Part shown: positions 1 to 12,753 of the stretch, one piece after another | Layout of the letters: each line of letters begins with the position of its first letter | How positions within the stretch are numbered: position 1 is the first letter of the stretch | DNA from: Octopus bimaculoides | Lineage: Eukaryota | DNA length: 44,850 nucleotides | Direction of reading: 5' to 3' | Assembly (NCBI RefSeq): GCF_001194135.2 | Contig: NC_068982.1 | Location: 158,493,461-158,538,310 of the forward strand | The notes under the pieces: model-generated | Told to the model about the DNA's origin: nothing | The model's database searches: none | Seen by the model: only the letters and a program-made list of their open reading frames with translations | Made by a program: the position numbers and the translations under genes

Positions 1-99
1 TATATATGGTGAACCCTCCCGAAAAAGATGATGTTTGAGCGTTCAGTTTTGTCGAATGAACAGCACAAGTGATGTGTTTATAGTGATCACATATTCATC

Positions 100-262
100 C
101 TCACATTAGCTCATGCTCTCAACAGGAGTATGGTTTGCCATGTATCAGGTGTCAACTGATTGCAGAGCAACGTTGATTGAGAACACAACGCACCACCCGG
201 TCAAGGAATTGAAGTCACGAACGCTAGATCATTAGTGCAACAACTTAAGCATTAGGTTCATA
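100..262 (-). mobile_element. Decayed tRNA-derived SINE (head and core)
   Basis: The reverse complement reads ...gttgttgcactaatgatc...gtgacttcaattccttgaccgggtggtgcgttgtgttctc, a tRNA-like head followed by a gcgttgtgt core. A related block (aacacaacgcac) occurs in the SINE near 34750-34790. Family recognised from memory of mollusc/octopus SINEs. Confidence 0.6.
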
Positions 263-898
263 TTATGTTACTCTGATGGGTTAATCTATACACTTATAAA
301 ATGCAGATTTAATATACTTCAACATAAATTTTGTCGACAATGACAATTTTTTTCGAAGCTAAGCCATTGTCGAACTGCGATGCATTAGAATTCGTTTTGC
401 ATTTAAGCATTCTCTGTTGAGTTAAAATCCTACACTCAAACCTACACGATCAAGGAAGATTTTAAATCGAGAGACTATGTAATAGCAACAATGAATCTAA
501 CGCATCCTAGTCCACACGATGGATTAGTCGGCCGATACTTCGACGTGACTGACAACAACATTTTCGTTTAAGAATATATATATATATATATAAGATATCG
601 GTACAACAATGCATCAATATTTACTGGAAATAACAGTCGATAATATACGACTCTAATAGTAAATCTTCACCGTATGAAATACTAATGTATTACACTATTT
701 AATAATTATTTATATATATATATATATATNNNNNNNNNNNNNNNNNNNNNNNNNNNNNNNNNNNNNNNNNNNNNNNNNNNNNNNNNNNNNNNNNNNNNNT
801 ATATATATAAATATATATATACATAATGCATGTATTTAAGTATGTATGTCACTCTCACACTTTGTCTCTCACTTTATACATATATGTGTGTTTGTGCG

Positions 899-938
<40 letters not shown>

Positions 939-1268
939 TGTGTGTGTGTGTGTCTGTGTGTGTGCGTGTGCGTGTGTGAGTGTGCCTGTATATGCGCGTT
1001 TAAAAGTGTGGCTGGTGCAAAAAGCCTAGAACCTATTCTTGCAAAGCATAAATATAGTTGTTTAACAACCAATTTAATGTAGTGATGCCAAAAATAATTT
1101 CCATTTAATTACAATTGCTCTTATTTTGAGTAATCTATTTTGTAGAATAAATGTGGCCGAGAAAATCTGTCTTGACCTAATGCAGTCAATAAAGTAAATA
1201 ATTATTTATATGGAATAGCTGGAAATTGTAATTATTTAAATTTATGCTCCATACATGTATGTATATTA

Positions 1269-1269
<1 letters not shown>

Positions 1270-1340
<71 letters not shown>
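1270..1340. repeat. (TATC)n microsatellite
   Basis: Direct tetranucleotide run. Similar (GATA/TATC)n runs at ~36526-36586 and ~40527-40612, (TAGG)n at ~8575-8612, (TATG)n at ~12725-12790. Confidence 0.97.
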
Positions 1341-1382
1341 ACACACTTAAACACACACACACGCATACACACATATATATAA

Positions 1383-1510
1383 TTAGCGGTTCGGCAAAAT
1401 AAACCGAGAGAATAATTACTAGGTTTACAAAGAATAATTCATGGGTGTCGATTAGTTCGACTAAAAGTGGTGCTCCAGCATGGCAACATTCAAATGACTA
1501 AAATAAAAGA
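1383..1510 (+). mobile_element. 3' half of an octopus-type SINE
   Basis: ggcaaaataaaccgagagaataattactagg...ttcgactaaaagtggtgctccagcatggc...aatgactaaaataaaaga. A related copy lies on the minus strand at 10555-10650 (gcgctagagcaccaccttcaagg). Confidence 0.65.
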
Positions 1511-1548
1511 ATATATATATATATCTAAATACACACACACACACACAC

Positions 1549-1599
<51 letters not shown>

Positions 1600-1678
1600 C
1601 ATACACACATACACATATATACACACACATATGCATATGTATACACATACACACATATATATATACACACATGCATAT

Positions 1679-1727
<49 letters not shown>

Positions 1728-2051
1728 ATATACACATATATATATGTGTGTATGTATATATATACGCATGTATCTATAATCATACATATGCATATATGTG
1801 TTTATATAGATGTGTATATATGTAAGCACAGTAGATTATTAGAAAATCATTATACAAGATGAATGTAGCAACTATACAGAGAAGTCACGTTTATCGCCAC
1901 TTTAACATGGTTTTTCTGTAGGAACCTTCGTTTTCTACTGCCTTTTACCCCAGGTGGACACCTCCTCCAGCTGGTTATCGAAGTAATCAGTTCCCCAAAA
2001 TATGTTGTAGACACAGTAGCGAGCCCTCACGAACTTCCAGCGACAGCGGGA

Positions 2052-2091
2052 CCACCAGACCGTCTTGTTTCGAGCTATTTGCACTCATCCT
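2052..2091 (-). ncRNA. Degenerate type I hammerhead ribozyme motif (5' end lost at the inversion junction)
   Basis: The minus strand reads AG-GATGAG-TG-CAAATAG-CT-CGAAAC-AAGACG-GTC-TGGTGG. The Schistosoma Sm-alpha hammerhead reads CUGAUGAG-UCC-CAAAUAG-GA-CGAAAC...GUC-CUGG. The core order, the CAAAUAG loop and the GUC triplet all match. Confidence 0.6.
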
Positions 2092-2305
2092 CCTGGGGTT
2101 AAAAATGGTAGTAACGTCGGTTCCTACGGAACAGCCATATTGAAGGGGCTGTCAACATTACTTCTAAGTGTGTTTACAACTTTCTTCTCGTATAGAGATT
2201 TTCTTTCTCGCTACGTTGCTTGTTGCAAGACAGTGACTGGTTGTCACTTATTTTTCTGTATATTGTGAGCTGGAGCAAACTGCTGCTATCTCAAGCAGAT
2301 GGGGT

Positions 2306-2354
2306 CCACCACTAGGTACGAGCACAAATAGATCGAAATCGGACGCTCAGGTGG
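2306..2354 (+). ncRNA. Degenerate hammerhead motif, second copy of the same unit
   Basis: CCACCA-CTAGGTACGAG-CA-CAAATAG-AT-CGAAAT-CGGAC-GCTC-AGGTGG. Stem I CCACC/GGTGG is intact; the core carries insertions and substitutions and is probably inactive. Confidence 0.5.
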
Positions 2355-3269
2355 CCCGGTCGTCGGTGGAATATGCTGGATGTTCGCTCTCCTACTTGCA
2401 ATATTTATCAGGTGCAGACTGCATCGATAGCCAGCTGGAGGAAACATCCTGCTCAGGTTAAAAACGGTATATAAAGTCGGTTCCTACGGAATAGTCATGT
2501 TGAAGTGGCGCTAAACCTTACTTCTCAGTATAATTACTACTTTCGTCTCGTATAGAGATTTTCTAAGTAGCTACTTTTTCTTGTTGCAAGATCAGAGGCG
2601 ATAAACATTACTTTTCATATATATATATAATTATGTGTGTGTGTGTATTTGTGGCATATAAAATGATTCCGTTTAATGTTATTTATGCCGATTCATTGAG
2701 CAGTAGATGGACATAATCTCGGCATTTGCACACGACATGTTTCTCAAATAAGATGCGAAACACTGGGTGATTTAGGGATGTACCAGCATAGATGACAGGT
2801 GAAAGAAAAATTAATCTTTGTGCTATTTGAATTCACAACACAAAGAACAAGCACAAACATTGCAACATATTTACTATACATTGTACTAATGACTGCAAAC
2901 GACCACTTCATTACATAGCGTATAGAATACGTAAAGATATTTGCTCCGTCACATTGCGCTATGAATTGAATTCCTACTGAGCAGGGATTGAAAGTAATAA
3001 CGCTAACATTTAAAGACCGATGAATAAAGTACCAGCTGTGTGTTGGTGTGTCACGTTATCCCGCAATCTGTCACAACCTTGATATTTTGCTTGGTTAGTA
3101 GTGGAAAGGCAGATAAAGTGTCGGTTTACTCGCACTTGCATAGGCATATACAGATTAGTGAAAATACCTTCACACCTCCCTATAAAAATAGATTGAACAT
3201 GACGGCCGTAGTTTATTTATGTCAGAAAATATTGTTTCCAAATTTTGGTACAATGACAGCAATTCCAGG

Positions 3270-3440
3270 AAAGGAGCTACATCCATTACAACCACCCAGT
3301 TGTCAACTGGTACTCATTTTATCGACTCCGAATGGCAAAATTAACCTCGGCGGAATTTGAACTCAAAGGATAACGACGGGCGAAATGCTGCTATGCATTT
3401 GGTCAGGCGTACTAGCGATTATGCTAGCTCGCCGCTTTTA
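3270..3440 (-). mobile_element. tRNA-derived SINE (ggcggcgagctggcagaa family)
   Basis: The reverse complement is aagcggcgagctagcataatcgctagtacgcc...gagttcaaattccgccgagg...gagtaccagtt, homologous to 23405-23610, with A-box- and B-box-like motifs. Confidence 0.8.
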
Positions 3441-5740
3441 TAAAAGAAAGTATATAACTACTGTAACTCTATTTTGCGGTGAAGTGTATTACCCACCATC
3501 TCTGATTTGAGCAAAATACGTTTCATACTACAAGTAGGTTTTCTGTAATATACGTTTCATACTATAGATACACTGTATGATATCACCACTGCTTTATTTC
3601 CTGGTTTGTGTCTTGCTACTGTCTCTTCTAAATGATAGAATTTGAATGAAATGTTACAGATCACTGCTGCGAGCAACATATTATAAGGGTAGAATTTCAA
3701 ATTAGATTACATTTCGTTTCACCCTATCATTGCTTATTTAGCTACATTTGCAATACTCATTCGTGTATGCTTAATAATTTTCATTAGGCTTAAATGTCGA
3801 TACGGTTCTTCCCGGTTTTCTTTAAGAATTACGTGTTCAATGGTGTGAAATAATGAATCAGGCATTGTATTAAACACATGTAGGGTTTACAATTCCAGCT
3901 TCGCTTCGTAAGAGATAATCTATACGAGTGTGATGCCATCGTTGAAATGATGAATTCAGGCACGAGTTTGCATATGTTTATAAAACATTATTTAATGGAG
4001 ACCTACGTATTCGTACGCATAATATTTCAGCAGTGGGATGACGCAAGATATTTCTACGTCTATATTCACAAATTTATACAGAACAATGCAAACTTCATAA
4101 TAATTGCTACAAAGCCAAGTGATCGACAACAATCGACATTGATCTGATCCCATTTCAAGCTCTGTTTTCTGCCTTTTCTTTTTTTTCCTCACGTATTGAT
4201 ACATATAATCAAATGAAAGAATGCTATTCAAAATGTCATAAATAGACTGTTGCATTAGCTCACATACGTGCGCACGTGCACTTAAGCACACACACACTCA
4301 TGCACACACACACGACAGACGTTGTTTGTTTGTGTTCGAGTATGTATGTACGTATGTATATACATGTATATGTGTGTAGGTGTATGTACAAATGTATATG
4401 TGTTCCAGTACACACGAGTATTTTATACGAAAACATTAAACAAACTCGTTCGTTAGTAAATGAGTAACCTTTTAAAAACAAACAATGCAATTTAGTGATA
4501 AAGTTTTATCCAGGAAATGGCAGCTTGAAACATCGCTATTCTTTCCACTTATAGTTACGCAAAATGGTAAAAGATAATTTGTAAACTACAAATATAGCGT
4601 GTGTGCGCGTGTGTGTATGTGCGTGTGTATGTGTGTGTGTGCCCCTGTGTGCGTGTGTTGTGCGCGTGTGTTGTGTGCGTGTGTGTGTGTATGTCTGTGT
4701 GCGTGTGTTTATTTGAACGCGCCGATGTATTTAGAACTGCAACATTTATATTCACTTAATTGGAAAGAAGTGTCCTTTGTATTTAACTGTGTTACAGTGA
4801 AGGAAACTTAATAATCAGTCACGTTATTCTCATTTATCTGGTTACTNNNNNNNNNNNNNNNNNNNNNNNNNNNNNNNNNNNNNNNNNNNNNNNNNNNNNN
4901 NNNNNNNNNNNNNNNNNNNNNNNNNNNNNNNNNNNNNNNNNNNNNNNNNNNNNNNNNNNNNNNNNNNNNNNNNNNNNNNNNNNNNNNNNNNNNNNNNNNN
5001 NNNNNNNNNNNNNNNNNNNNNNNNNNNNNNNNNNNNNNNNNNNNNNNNNNNNNNNNNNNNNNNNNNNNNNNNNNNNNNNNNNNNNNNNNNNNNNNNNNNN
5101 NNNNNNNNNNNNNNNNNNNNNNNNNNNNNNNNNNNNNNNNNNNNNNNNNNNNNNNNNNNNNNNNNNNNNNNNNNNNNNNNNNNNNNNNAAAAAAAAAACC
5201 CATGCATTAAAATACATATCACAAGTTTGCCCTAACTCATTTTGTGAGAATCGCTTGAATTCTTTTCTCTTTAATGCTTAAAAAAAAATTGAGTAGGAAA
5301 AAAATAGTGGAATAACTATTATTGGAAAATACGTTATTGCAGCATTCCGAAGATAAAAAATATAAATAACTTCTAACTTTTAGAATTATAGGAATAAAAA
5401 AAAAATCTAGTAGGATTCATAAAAATATAATATATCACGAGTGATTCTCTTCTGTTTTTCATTTTTAGAATAAATACAATGACATCTTATTTTAAACAAA
5501 AACAGTAATCATTTAAAACAGACGACATTAAGCCCTGAGTAGGTTGGTATGTAAATACATACAAGAAAGTGTATAGCTCGATATGAAACGAAAGAATGCA
5601 AAAAGATCTTCCGAAAAGAAAAAGGTTAACGAACAAGTACTGAACTGAAAATTTAAACCTGACACAATATGGATTATACATAGATACATACATACATACA
5701 TACATACATACATACATACATACATGTAAGCATGTACATG

Positions 5741-5793
<53 letters not shown>

Positions 5794-6521
5794 GTGTGCG
5801 TGTGTGTGCGTGTGCGTGTGTGTGTGTTTGTGTATGTATAGGTATGTATATATACATACATATATATACATACACACACGCACACACACACATGAGTGTA
5901 TACACTCACGTACACATATGTATGTAAATGTATAAAACTAAGCTTGTGTAGATGCACCCACATTTGTTAGTAAATCTGAAATATAAAGATTTGTTATCTG
6001 AAGCCATATGTTGCCAGTTTATCTTTGTGTGCATACATGCAAATTTATTCTTTAGCTACTCATATGAGCTGGCAGTTCTACAACCCAGCCTGCTTTTATG
6101 TGGAAATGTGAACGTATTTCTATATATTTTTCGGATTGTACAGCATCCAGAAAAATGTTTGTATAGATCAATAAAACAACAACAGCAACGGCAGCAATAC
6201 GCAAAGCTACTGCCTTCTTAAAAAGAAAATAGATGTGTGTAGAGCATATAAATATTGAAATATGAAGCAAAAGAAATCAACAAACGCATGCAGTTATTCA
6301 AACTAAAACTTCTAGTAATGTATTCGATATTTGTGACAAACATTAAAGGATGTTCCATTAGGTAGTACATAAAAAACAAACAAACATATAATTTATTTCG
6401 CATATCACTCCTTTTCTTGTTGCTCGAAAAGTTTAGTAAATATAATAATTTTAATTAAAAAAAATCCAGCTGCCATCGGATCTTCACGAACCTTGAAGAA
6501 TTACTTGGATTGTGCTTTCAG

Positions 6522-6588
6522 ATTTTTTCAAGGATGAAAGAGATTTTAAATGCACCAAATCACATGCTATCGTCTATTGCTAAAATCA
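6522..6588 (+). CDS. Candidate small coding exon (IFSRMKEILNAPNHMLSSIAKI), unidentified gene
   Basis: Acceptor tgtgctttcag, donor GTGAGA, open in phase 0 to 1. No protein family recognised. Confidence 0.15.
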
Positions 6589-6599
6589 GTGAGATACAC

Positions 6600-6634
<35 letters not shown>

Positions 6635-7490
6635 GCAATATGCATGGGTAAGCATGTCTAAAAGCACATATCGAGCTGGGACGACTGCTGTTCCTATTAT
6701 CGTTATTATTCAAACCTTAAAGGATTTGAAATCATTTTCCTCGTCATTTTGTACTGTAACTGAACCTTCTTGGAATCAATAAATAACTTCTTGTGATTTG
6801 AGCAAGAAGTAAATTTCTGGTGAGCAGATATCGCAATCAATTTACCGATTTTCTGCCGAAGCAGTTTCAGTTTTACTACTCTACTAAAGAATAACAAAAA
6901 AAAAAAAAAGCAAGAAGTAAAATCCATGGCATACACTACCACTTATTTCTATACACCACACTACAAAATTTCTAAGTTAAAACAGTTGCAAATTTTTTTA
7001 CAGCGAACTACCCAAAGTACATAGATCTTTTGAAAATGTTCCGTGCTTACTTTTCATCGGTTTTCTTCGCAATTTCAAGATTATGTGCACGTACACATAT
7101 ATACCAACACACTCATCTGTATATGCATGCATACATATGTATGTGTGTGTATCCTTATTTAACGTCCACGTTCAATGCTAGCATGAGATGGCCTCCCCCC
7201 TCCTGCCCCTCCTGCTTCTTCTCCTTTATCTCTATGAATCGTTCTCATTCACCGAGTCGATGTGCCTACAGAGAATTTCTCAAACTAGATTGTATACTCG
7301 CACCACACCTCACGTATAAATTTTCCACCTATCTTTCATACACACTCGCTCCCCTCTTTGTGTATGTATCAGCATTTTATATCGACTGTAATATACACAA
7401 GTCCATACATAAACGCACCAATGTATATATACCTGTACACATACATAAATACATACAAACACACACACACATACACACACACACACATAC

Positions 7491-7523
<33 letters not shown>

Positions 7524-7776
7524 CATACATACAGTTAAATAGAAGGATATTAAGTAAAGACCTTGAACATACTGCACCGATATTATAGTAGGGGTCCAAC
7601 TGCAACGATTACTAATCGGTGCAATTGAAACACGTGTAGGTCTATGTAAACCTGCATATATATTAATGAATTAAGAGTAATGCTATGCAACTTCTTAATG
7701 ATCCTTATGATTATTATTATTGCTGATATGTATTTATTGAGAAAAAGAAGGCATTCATTGTTTTGGAGGATCCGAT

Positions 7777-7870
7777 ATTAGCGCTTTCATTCATTTCGAA
7801 CTCGTGAAGACAATCAAATTTTGATTTTGATTTTGTCTTGACGAGTTAAAAAACGAATGAAAGCGCTAAT
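7777..7870. other. Imperfect ~94-nt hairpin with ~42-bp arms
   Basis: attagcgctttcattc...aactcgt-aagacaa-tcaaa pairs with tttga-ttttgtctt-acgagtt...gaatgaaagcgctaat. The outer 16 bp are perfect. Confidence 0.9.
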
Positions 7871-8221
7871 AAATGATTATCCAAGATACTGACTGCCTCC
7901 TTTTTCTCAATATACAATATATGTACACCACTTGAAACACACTACACACACTNNNNNNNNNNNNNNNNNNNNNNNNNNNNNNNNNNNNNNNNNNNNNNNN
8001 NNNNNNNNNNNNNNNNNNNNNNNNNNNNNNNNNNNNNNNNNNNNNNNNNNNNNNNNNNNNNNNNNNNNNNNNNNNNNNNNNNNNNNNNNNNNNNNNNNNN
8101 NNNNNNNNNNNNNNNNNNNNNNNNNNNNNNNNNNNCCAACAACCATCGGTTGTCAGGCGATGTTGTGGGCGACAAATACAAACACACACACAAATACACG
8201 CACACACCTACACATACACTT

Positions 8222-8392
8222 ATATGACGGACTTCTTTCAGTTTCCGTCAACCAAATTCACTCACAAGATTTTGGTCGGTCCGAAGATATAGTAGAAGAC
8301 ACTACAGAAGGTGCCACGCAGTGGGAGTCAACCTGGAACCATATGGGTGGGAAGCAAGCTTCTAACCAGACATCCACGCTGCGTCTCTATAT
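8222..8392 (-). mobile_element. tRNA-derived SINE (gcgtggctgtgtggtaagaagcttgcttccc family)
   Basis: The reverse complement has tggttagaagcttgcttcccacccatatggttccagg...ctgcgtggcacc...gaccaaaatcttgtgagtgaatttgg...gacggaaactgaaagaagtccgtc. Partial copies at 32205-32305 (+) and ~21670-21830 (+). Confidence 0.8.
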
Positions 8393-8949
8393 TTTTATAC
8401 AGCCATGTTGATTCAAAGAAGAAAAATGGAAACCAAAATATGATTCCATCTTTTACCTTTTACTTGCTTTAGTCATTAAACTACTGTTTAATTTTATTAA
8501 TATTTAGCGGAAGCAACAGAATGACTCCAGATCCGAGAGTGTTGTGCATTAGCTAGCTACCTACCTAAATTATAGGTAGGTAGGTAGGTAGGTAGGTAGG
8601 TAGGTTGGTAGGTGCATGCATGCATGTGTGTGCGTGCGTTTCTGTTTTATGTCAAGGCCAATTCTTCTTTCAGCTTATGTTAATATGCATACCTGGCGAC
8701 ATTTTAAATAATTACAACAGAGATATATTTTCCCGTCTAAACTTTACGATAATAGTCTTTTAACTGTATTTCGATTTGGGACAGGTGCTTGAGATACATA
8801 CACCAAATTTTGATCGATGGATTTATTACGTTAACAATAGTAAAGATTTTAGCTGCCAATTCAATCCTTAATCCCCCTTCATATTTTATGCTAATTTGCA
8901 ATAATTCATTCATATAAACGATGCAACATATAAAATCTTGTAAGCTTAC

Positions 8950-9400
8950 CGCATCGAGTCGACAAAAGAGAGAATATGCTGAGATACTGCAAGTATGGTA
9001 AAGCAATGGGCGGCAAGCAATTTGTAATTCCATCGAGTAGGGATACAGAGGTTTTGTAGATCAGTCTGTCTGAAGAGATTACGGCATGCTTCTCATCACA
9101 AGGTCAGTAGTCTGAAAGCCATTAAGCTGGTTTTCAAAGCAGCATTCCTCGGCAACCAGCTTGATGGCCTTCGGTTTCCCCCAGCATTTTGATGGTATTG
9201 ATAGCAGCATGTTTCCCTCAACGTGACAATAGACTAGAAGTCTTGAACCCCGGAAGGGACAGGGCTCACTCGACACAATCTGGTACTTGATCAACCGCAG
9301 CTAGGTCACCTGATTTTGAGTATCTGATGTTGAATGACGTGAAATTCCTAATGAGCCCCAAATAACATCACTGATATTGTGTCCCGGTGTATCACTGGAT
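8950..9400 (-). mobile_element. Heavily decayed non-LTR retrotransposon-like fragment (post-RT region)
   Basis: Minus-strand frames give IKYQIV (cf. KYLGV), AAINTIKMLGET (cf. ALNxLKxL) and WLSDY*PC (cf. SKLDYGC), with several stops. The similarity is weak and the clade is not assignable. Confidence 0.3.
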
Positions 9401-10554
9401 GAAAGACAGACAAAACTATACTGCTATTTACTGCCGTGTACACGTTGTTCCCCATTCACAAATGTTCTTGATTTAATACACGTTTATCATTTATTTGAAA
9501 ACCTCACTTGTGAGGAAAATATCGTTGCCACTGCGCTGTATTATGAGCGAAGTTAAATAACTCTGCTAACTTTTAAACTTGTACTAAGTTCTGTACATTT
9601 GGTTTTGTCTTTCACTATGTTTGATGATTAGTCATGTGCTAACACACGTATACTCACTAGAGCATATACATAAGATCCAGTTTGATTTAAATGATCGTTG
9701 CTCCGCAGGCTTTCGCATCACAGGATACTTCAAGTGACGACAGTAGATTTTTCCTTCTCGCTTCATGAAGTGTACATAGACAGAGTCTTCACAGCCAGTG
9801 AATCATCGACTTCAAACAAATAAATTATAATACATGTATTTAGTAATTCGGTTGACTCAGGTATGTGGTTTAGCACAGACAGACCAAAGTTATACGATCA
9901 CCGCAGGCAAAGTTGCAGATTTCTTTTCATACAATATATGCATGTATAAAGNNNNNNNNNNGTGTGTGTGTGTGTGTGTGTGTGAGTGTGTGTGCGTGCG
10001 TGTGTGTGTGTACGAAAAAAATCATGTGAAAGTTGTAAAAGAATACACTATTCGATTCATTGGCGCTTAAGTTAATTGTCAGAGACAATTACATATACTC
10101 GGTATAGAATTAACAAAATCTTAGTAGAAAAGTGCAAAATTATCTCCATCACTATAGTTGCTGATGTGTCCGCATATTTAAAACCGTATATATCGAATTT
10201 CGAAATGATTGGATACAAGAGGCTAAAACGTCAATCCTTCACAAGAATGTAGACAGACTGAAGCAAGATTTTGGAAGTAACAGCAACTATAAATAATCTC
10301 TTCAATCTAGAAGCAACGGACTATACGTCACAGTCGATGATTCACATGAACAGAAGTCAAATAATGAACTTTGACATCTATTTGCCAAGCAGAATTTGAC
10401 CTTAGACAATATTTGTTTGGATACTATTTGGTTTGTGATCAAGTCAAGAAAATAAAGATGGATTTTAAAATATCTCATGATATCGTTTAAGTTACGATGT
10501 ATAGTAATAACACGGTAATGCATAGTTGCTAAAGCCATTCTTTTCTACTTTTAC

Positions 10555-10650
10555 TTATTCATTAGTGTCAGGTATTGGACTGCGGTAGCGCTAGAGCACC
10601 ACCTTCAAGGATTTTTAATTAATAATATTGAACCCAGTAGATATTTCTTC
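10555..10650 (-). mobile_element. SINE 3' fragment
   Basis: Reverse-complement similarity to 1383-1510 (ggtgctctagcgctaccgcagtcc vs ggtgctccagcatggcaacattc). Confidence 0.55.
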
Positions 10651-10899
10651 TCACTAGGGAATACTGTTTGGAATGACTATGTTACGGTCTAACATTAAAG
10701 AGAAATGCATTTGCACCGGTGAATCTAATCGCCTAAAGATTCGTTATCTCCACACACACGCGCGTGGACATACAGACATAGCATTAAGTTAATTTTAAAT
10801 ACAGAAAGACTTTTGGTATTTCAATCAAATCATATGTCGCAGAATTGCAGTGTCATTCATTGTAATAGATATGGGAGACAATATATAATTCAGAGATAT

Positions 10900-11230
10900 G
10901 TGGTAGTGTCTAAATAAATCTGAGAAGTATTCCTAATATTAGCGTATTTAAGGATATATATGAGGTGGGCACTGCAGTTAAAGGATTCAGAAGAAAAATG
11001 AAAATGTTAATCTTTGTAATACATTATGCCTATAGAGATAACTCACAGTAAATCATTGATAAGGTGAAGAGAGTTAAGAAAACGACGGAAATTGAATTTA
11101 AACATACACTAAAGACAAGGAAATGTCTTCTGGTCTTATGAATTATTCAGATATTCTTATATGTGATGCTGCTTCTGAATTACATATGGAAACAGGGAAT
11201 AAGGAAGAACATGATATGCAATATTTAAAA
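10900..11230 (+). mobile_element. Possible decayed RTE-type LINE 3' fragment
   Basis: A plus frame gives ELRKRRKLNLNIH*R...*ITYGNRE*GRT, resembling the RTE C-terminal IRxRRLxxxGHxxR...PxHGxRxRGRP pattern; multiple stops. Confidence 0.3.
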
Positions 11231-11802
11231 GTATATGTAATTTTTAAAATTATATTTGCTGTTGTTTACTGATAACATTATAGCTGATGCAGAATTACCT
11301 AAATGCTCATTTTCATGTTATTAAATAATTTCTAAATATACTTTAGTGATATTATAAGTTTAGGATAGTACAGCGACCAAATTTCGGTAAATAGGACTAG
11401 AATTGATAAGTGGAATTATATATAAATACAAAGCAAAACAAATGTAGCATAAAACATGTAGTTCAACCGTGGAACAGAAGGAATGCATTTGAAATTTGGT
11501 TGTAAAACATCTCTTACAGTATTTAAGATGGTAATAAACGCGTAAATGGATATAAGGTAATGATAAACATTTTTAAATGTCACGTGGATATAATACATTT
11601 TGATGCTCGTATACACGTGATACAAGGTGAGCTTTAAGTCTTTATCATATGGAACGTACAATAGTCTGTCAATCTATCTGTCTGTGTGTCTGCCTGAGTG
11701 TTTGTTTGTCTCTCTCTCTCTCTTCTCTCTCTCTCATTCTCTCTTCTTTCTCTCTTTCTCTCTTCTTTCTCTCTCTCTTTCTCTCTCTTCTCTCTCTCTC
11801 TC

Positions 11803-11837
<35 letters not shown>

Positions 11838-12720
11838 TGCCCCAGCATTGCCTCAGGGCTGCAACATGTAAACGAATAAAAGAATATCTCAGTCACGGTT
11901 TAAATCTTATGACAGACTAGTGTACGATCCACGATACAAATTTGATGCTCACCTTGTGTCACGTGCATAAGAGCATTTCATACACACACACACACACACA
12001 CACATACACACACACACATACACACACACACGCACACACACACACACATACACACACATAAATATATATATATATAAATAGATGTCTTATAAAACTATTC
12101 CGCACAATAACAACCATACCAACAATCCAACACGTATGCATCATCAGCTGCTCCACGGTTTCGACAGCTGGGCAGCACCATTCAATAAGGCAGTGTCAAC
12201 AACACTAAAATAAGTGTTGTTTGGGAACAAACATACCTTAGATATCATGACATACATTAAATCTTAATTCTAGGAACGATTAAACACGAACATTATTAAT
12301 CAAAGTACAACAAAGAAACCACATTACTCTATATACAAAAACAGCATTGGTAAATTAATTTTATTAGTAAACTTATAACTTACTCGTAAATTATCTAAAT
12401 AGCAAACGAGCTCTTGAAGTCCATGCAGATAATAATCCCATCAGTCTTCCATAGTTATTAATATAAAAGTGATAGCCTTTATATTCTATTCCTTCCAAAA
12501 TAAAACAGGATTGTACTTAACTAATAATATAATTAATTCATAACCCGAAAATTAATAATTAAAGCGTATTAAATATTCCACGCGTATTAAATATTCACTA
12601 TCCTTACATGTTTTAATGTTAAACTTATTTCAGTGATTTAATAGTTAATACTAAAATATCCTTATTAAATCCGAAATTAATAGAATACCAATAATTAACA
12701 ATTATTATTAAAATGTATAC

Positions 12721-12753
<33 letters not shown>

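Larger units (their letters stand above)
1861..2600. mobile_element. Hammerhead-bearing ~360-bp repeat unit: inverted partial copy (1861-2091) + truncated copy (2092-2230) + full copy (2231-2600); retrozyme/PLE pseudo-LTR-like
   Basis: 2095-2230 and 2455-2590 are direct repeats, ~80% identical over 99 nt counted by eye, sharing GTCGGTTCCTACGGAA and TCTCGTATAGAGATTTTCT. 1861-2091 matches the reverse complement of ~2315-2545 (shared tcctccagctggYtatcga and ctgtaggaacc/ccgtaggaacc). Confidence 0.75.

Noticed and set aside
2065-2268. ORF across the locus 1 repeat as a protein-coding repeat
   Set aside because: The paralogous copy has stops and a frameshift, and substitutions are not concentrated at third codon positions; the same holds for the 339-bp unit (not a cadherin or CUB repeat despite the 113-codon period).
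7573-7645. TGCACCGAT/ATCGGTGCA inverted repeat followed by GAAACACGTGTA, superficially hammerhead-like
   Set aside because: There is no proper CUGANGA and stem I cannot be formed.
9640-9815. Minus frame with FMKREGKIYCRH resembling the end of a LIM domain
   Set aside because: It is preceded by an in-frame stop, lacks the other zinc ligands and has no usable acceptor.
12138-12175. CTGATGA and GAAAC on the minus strand
   Set aside because: The order and spacing do not permit a hammerhead fold.
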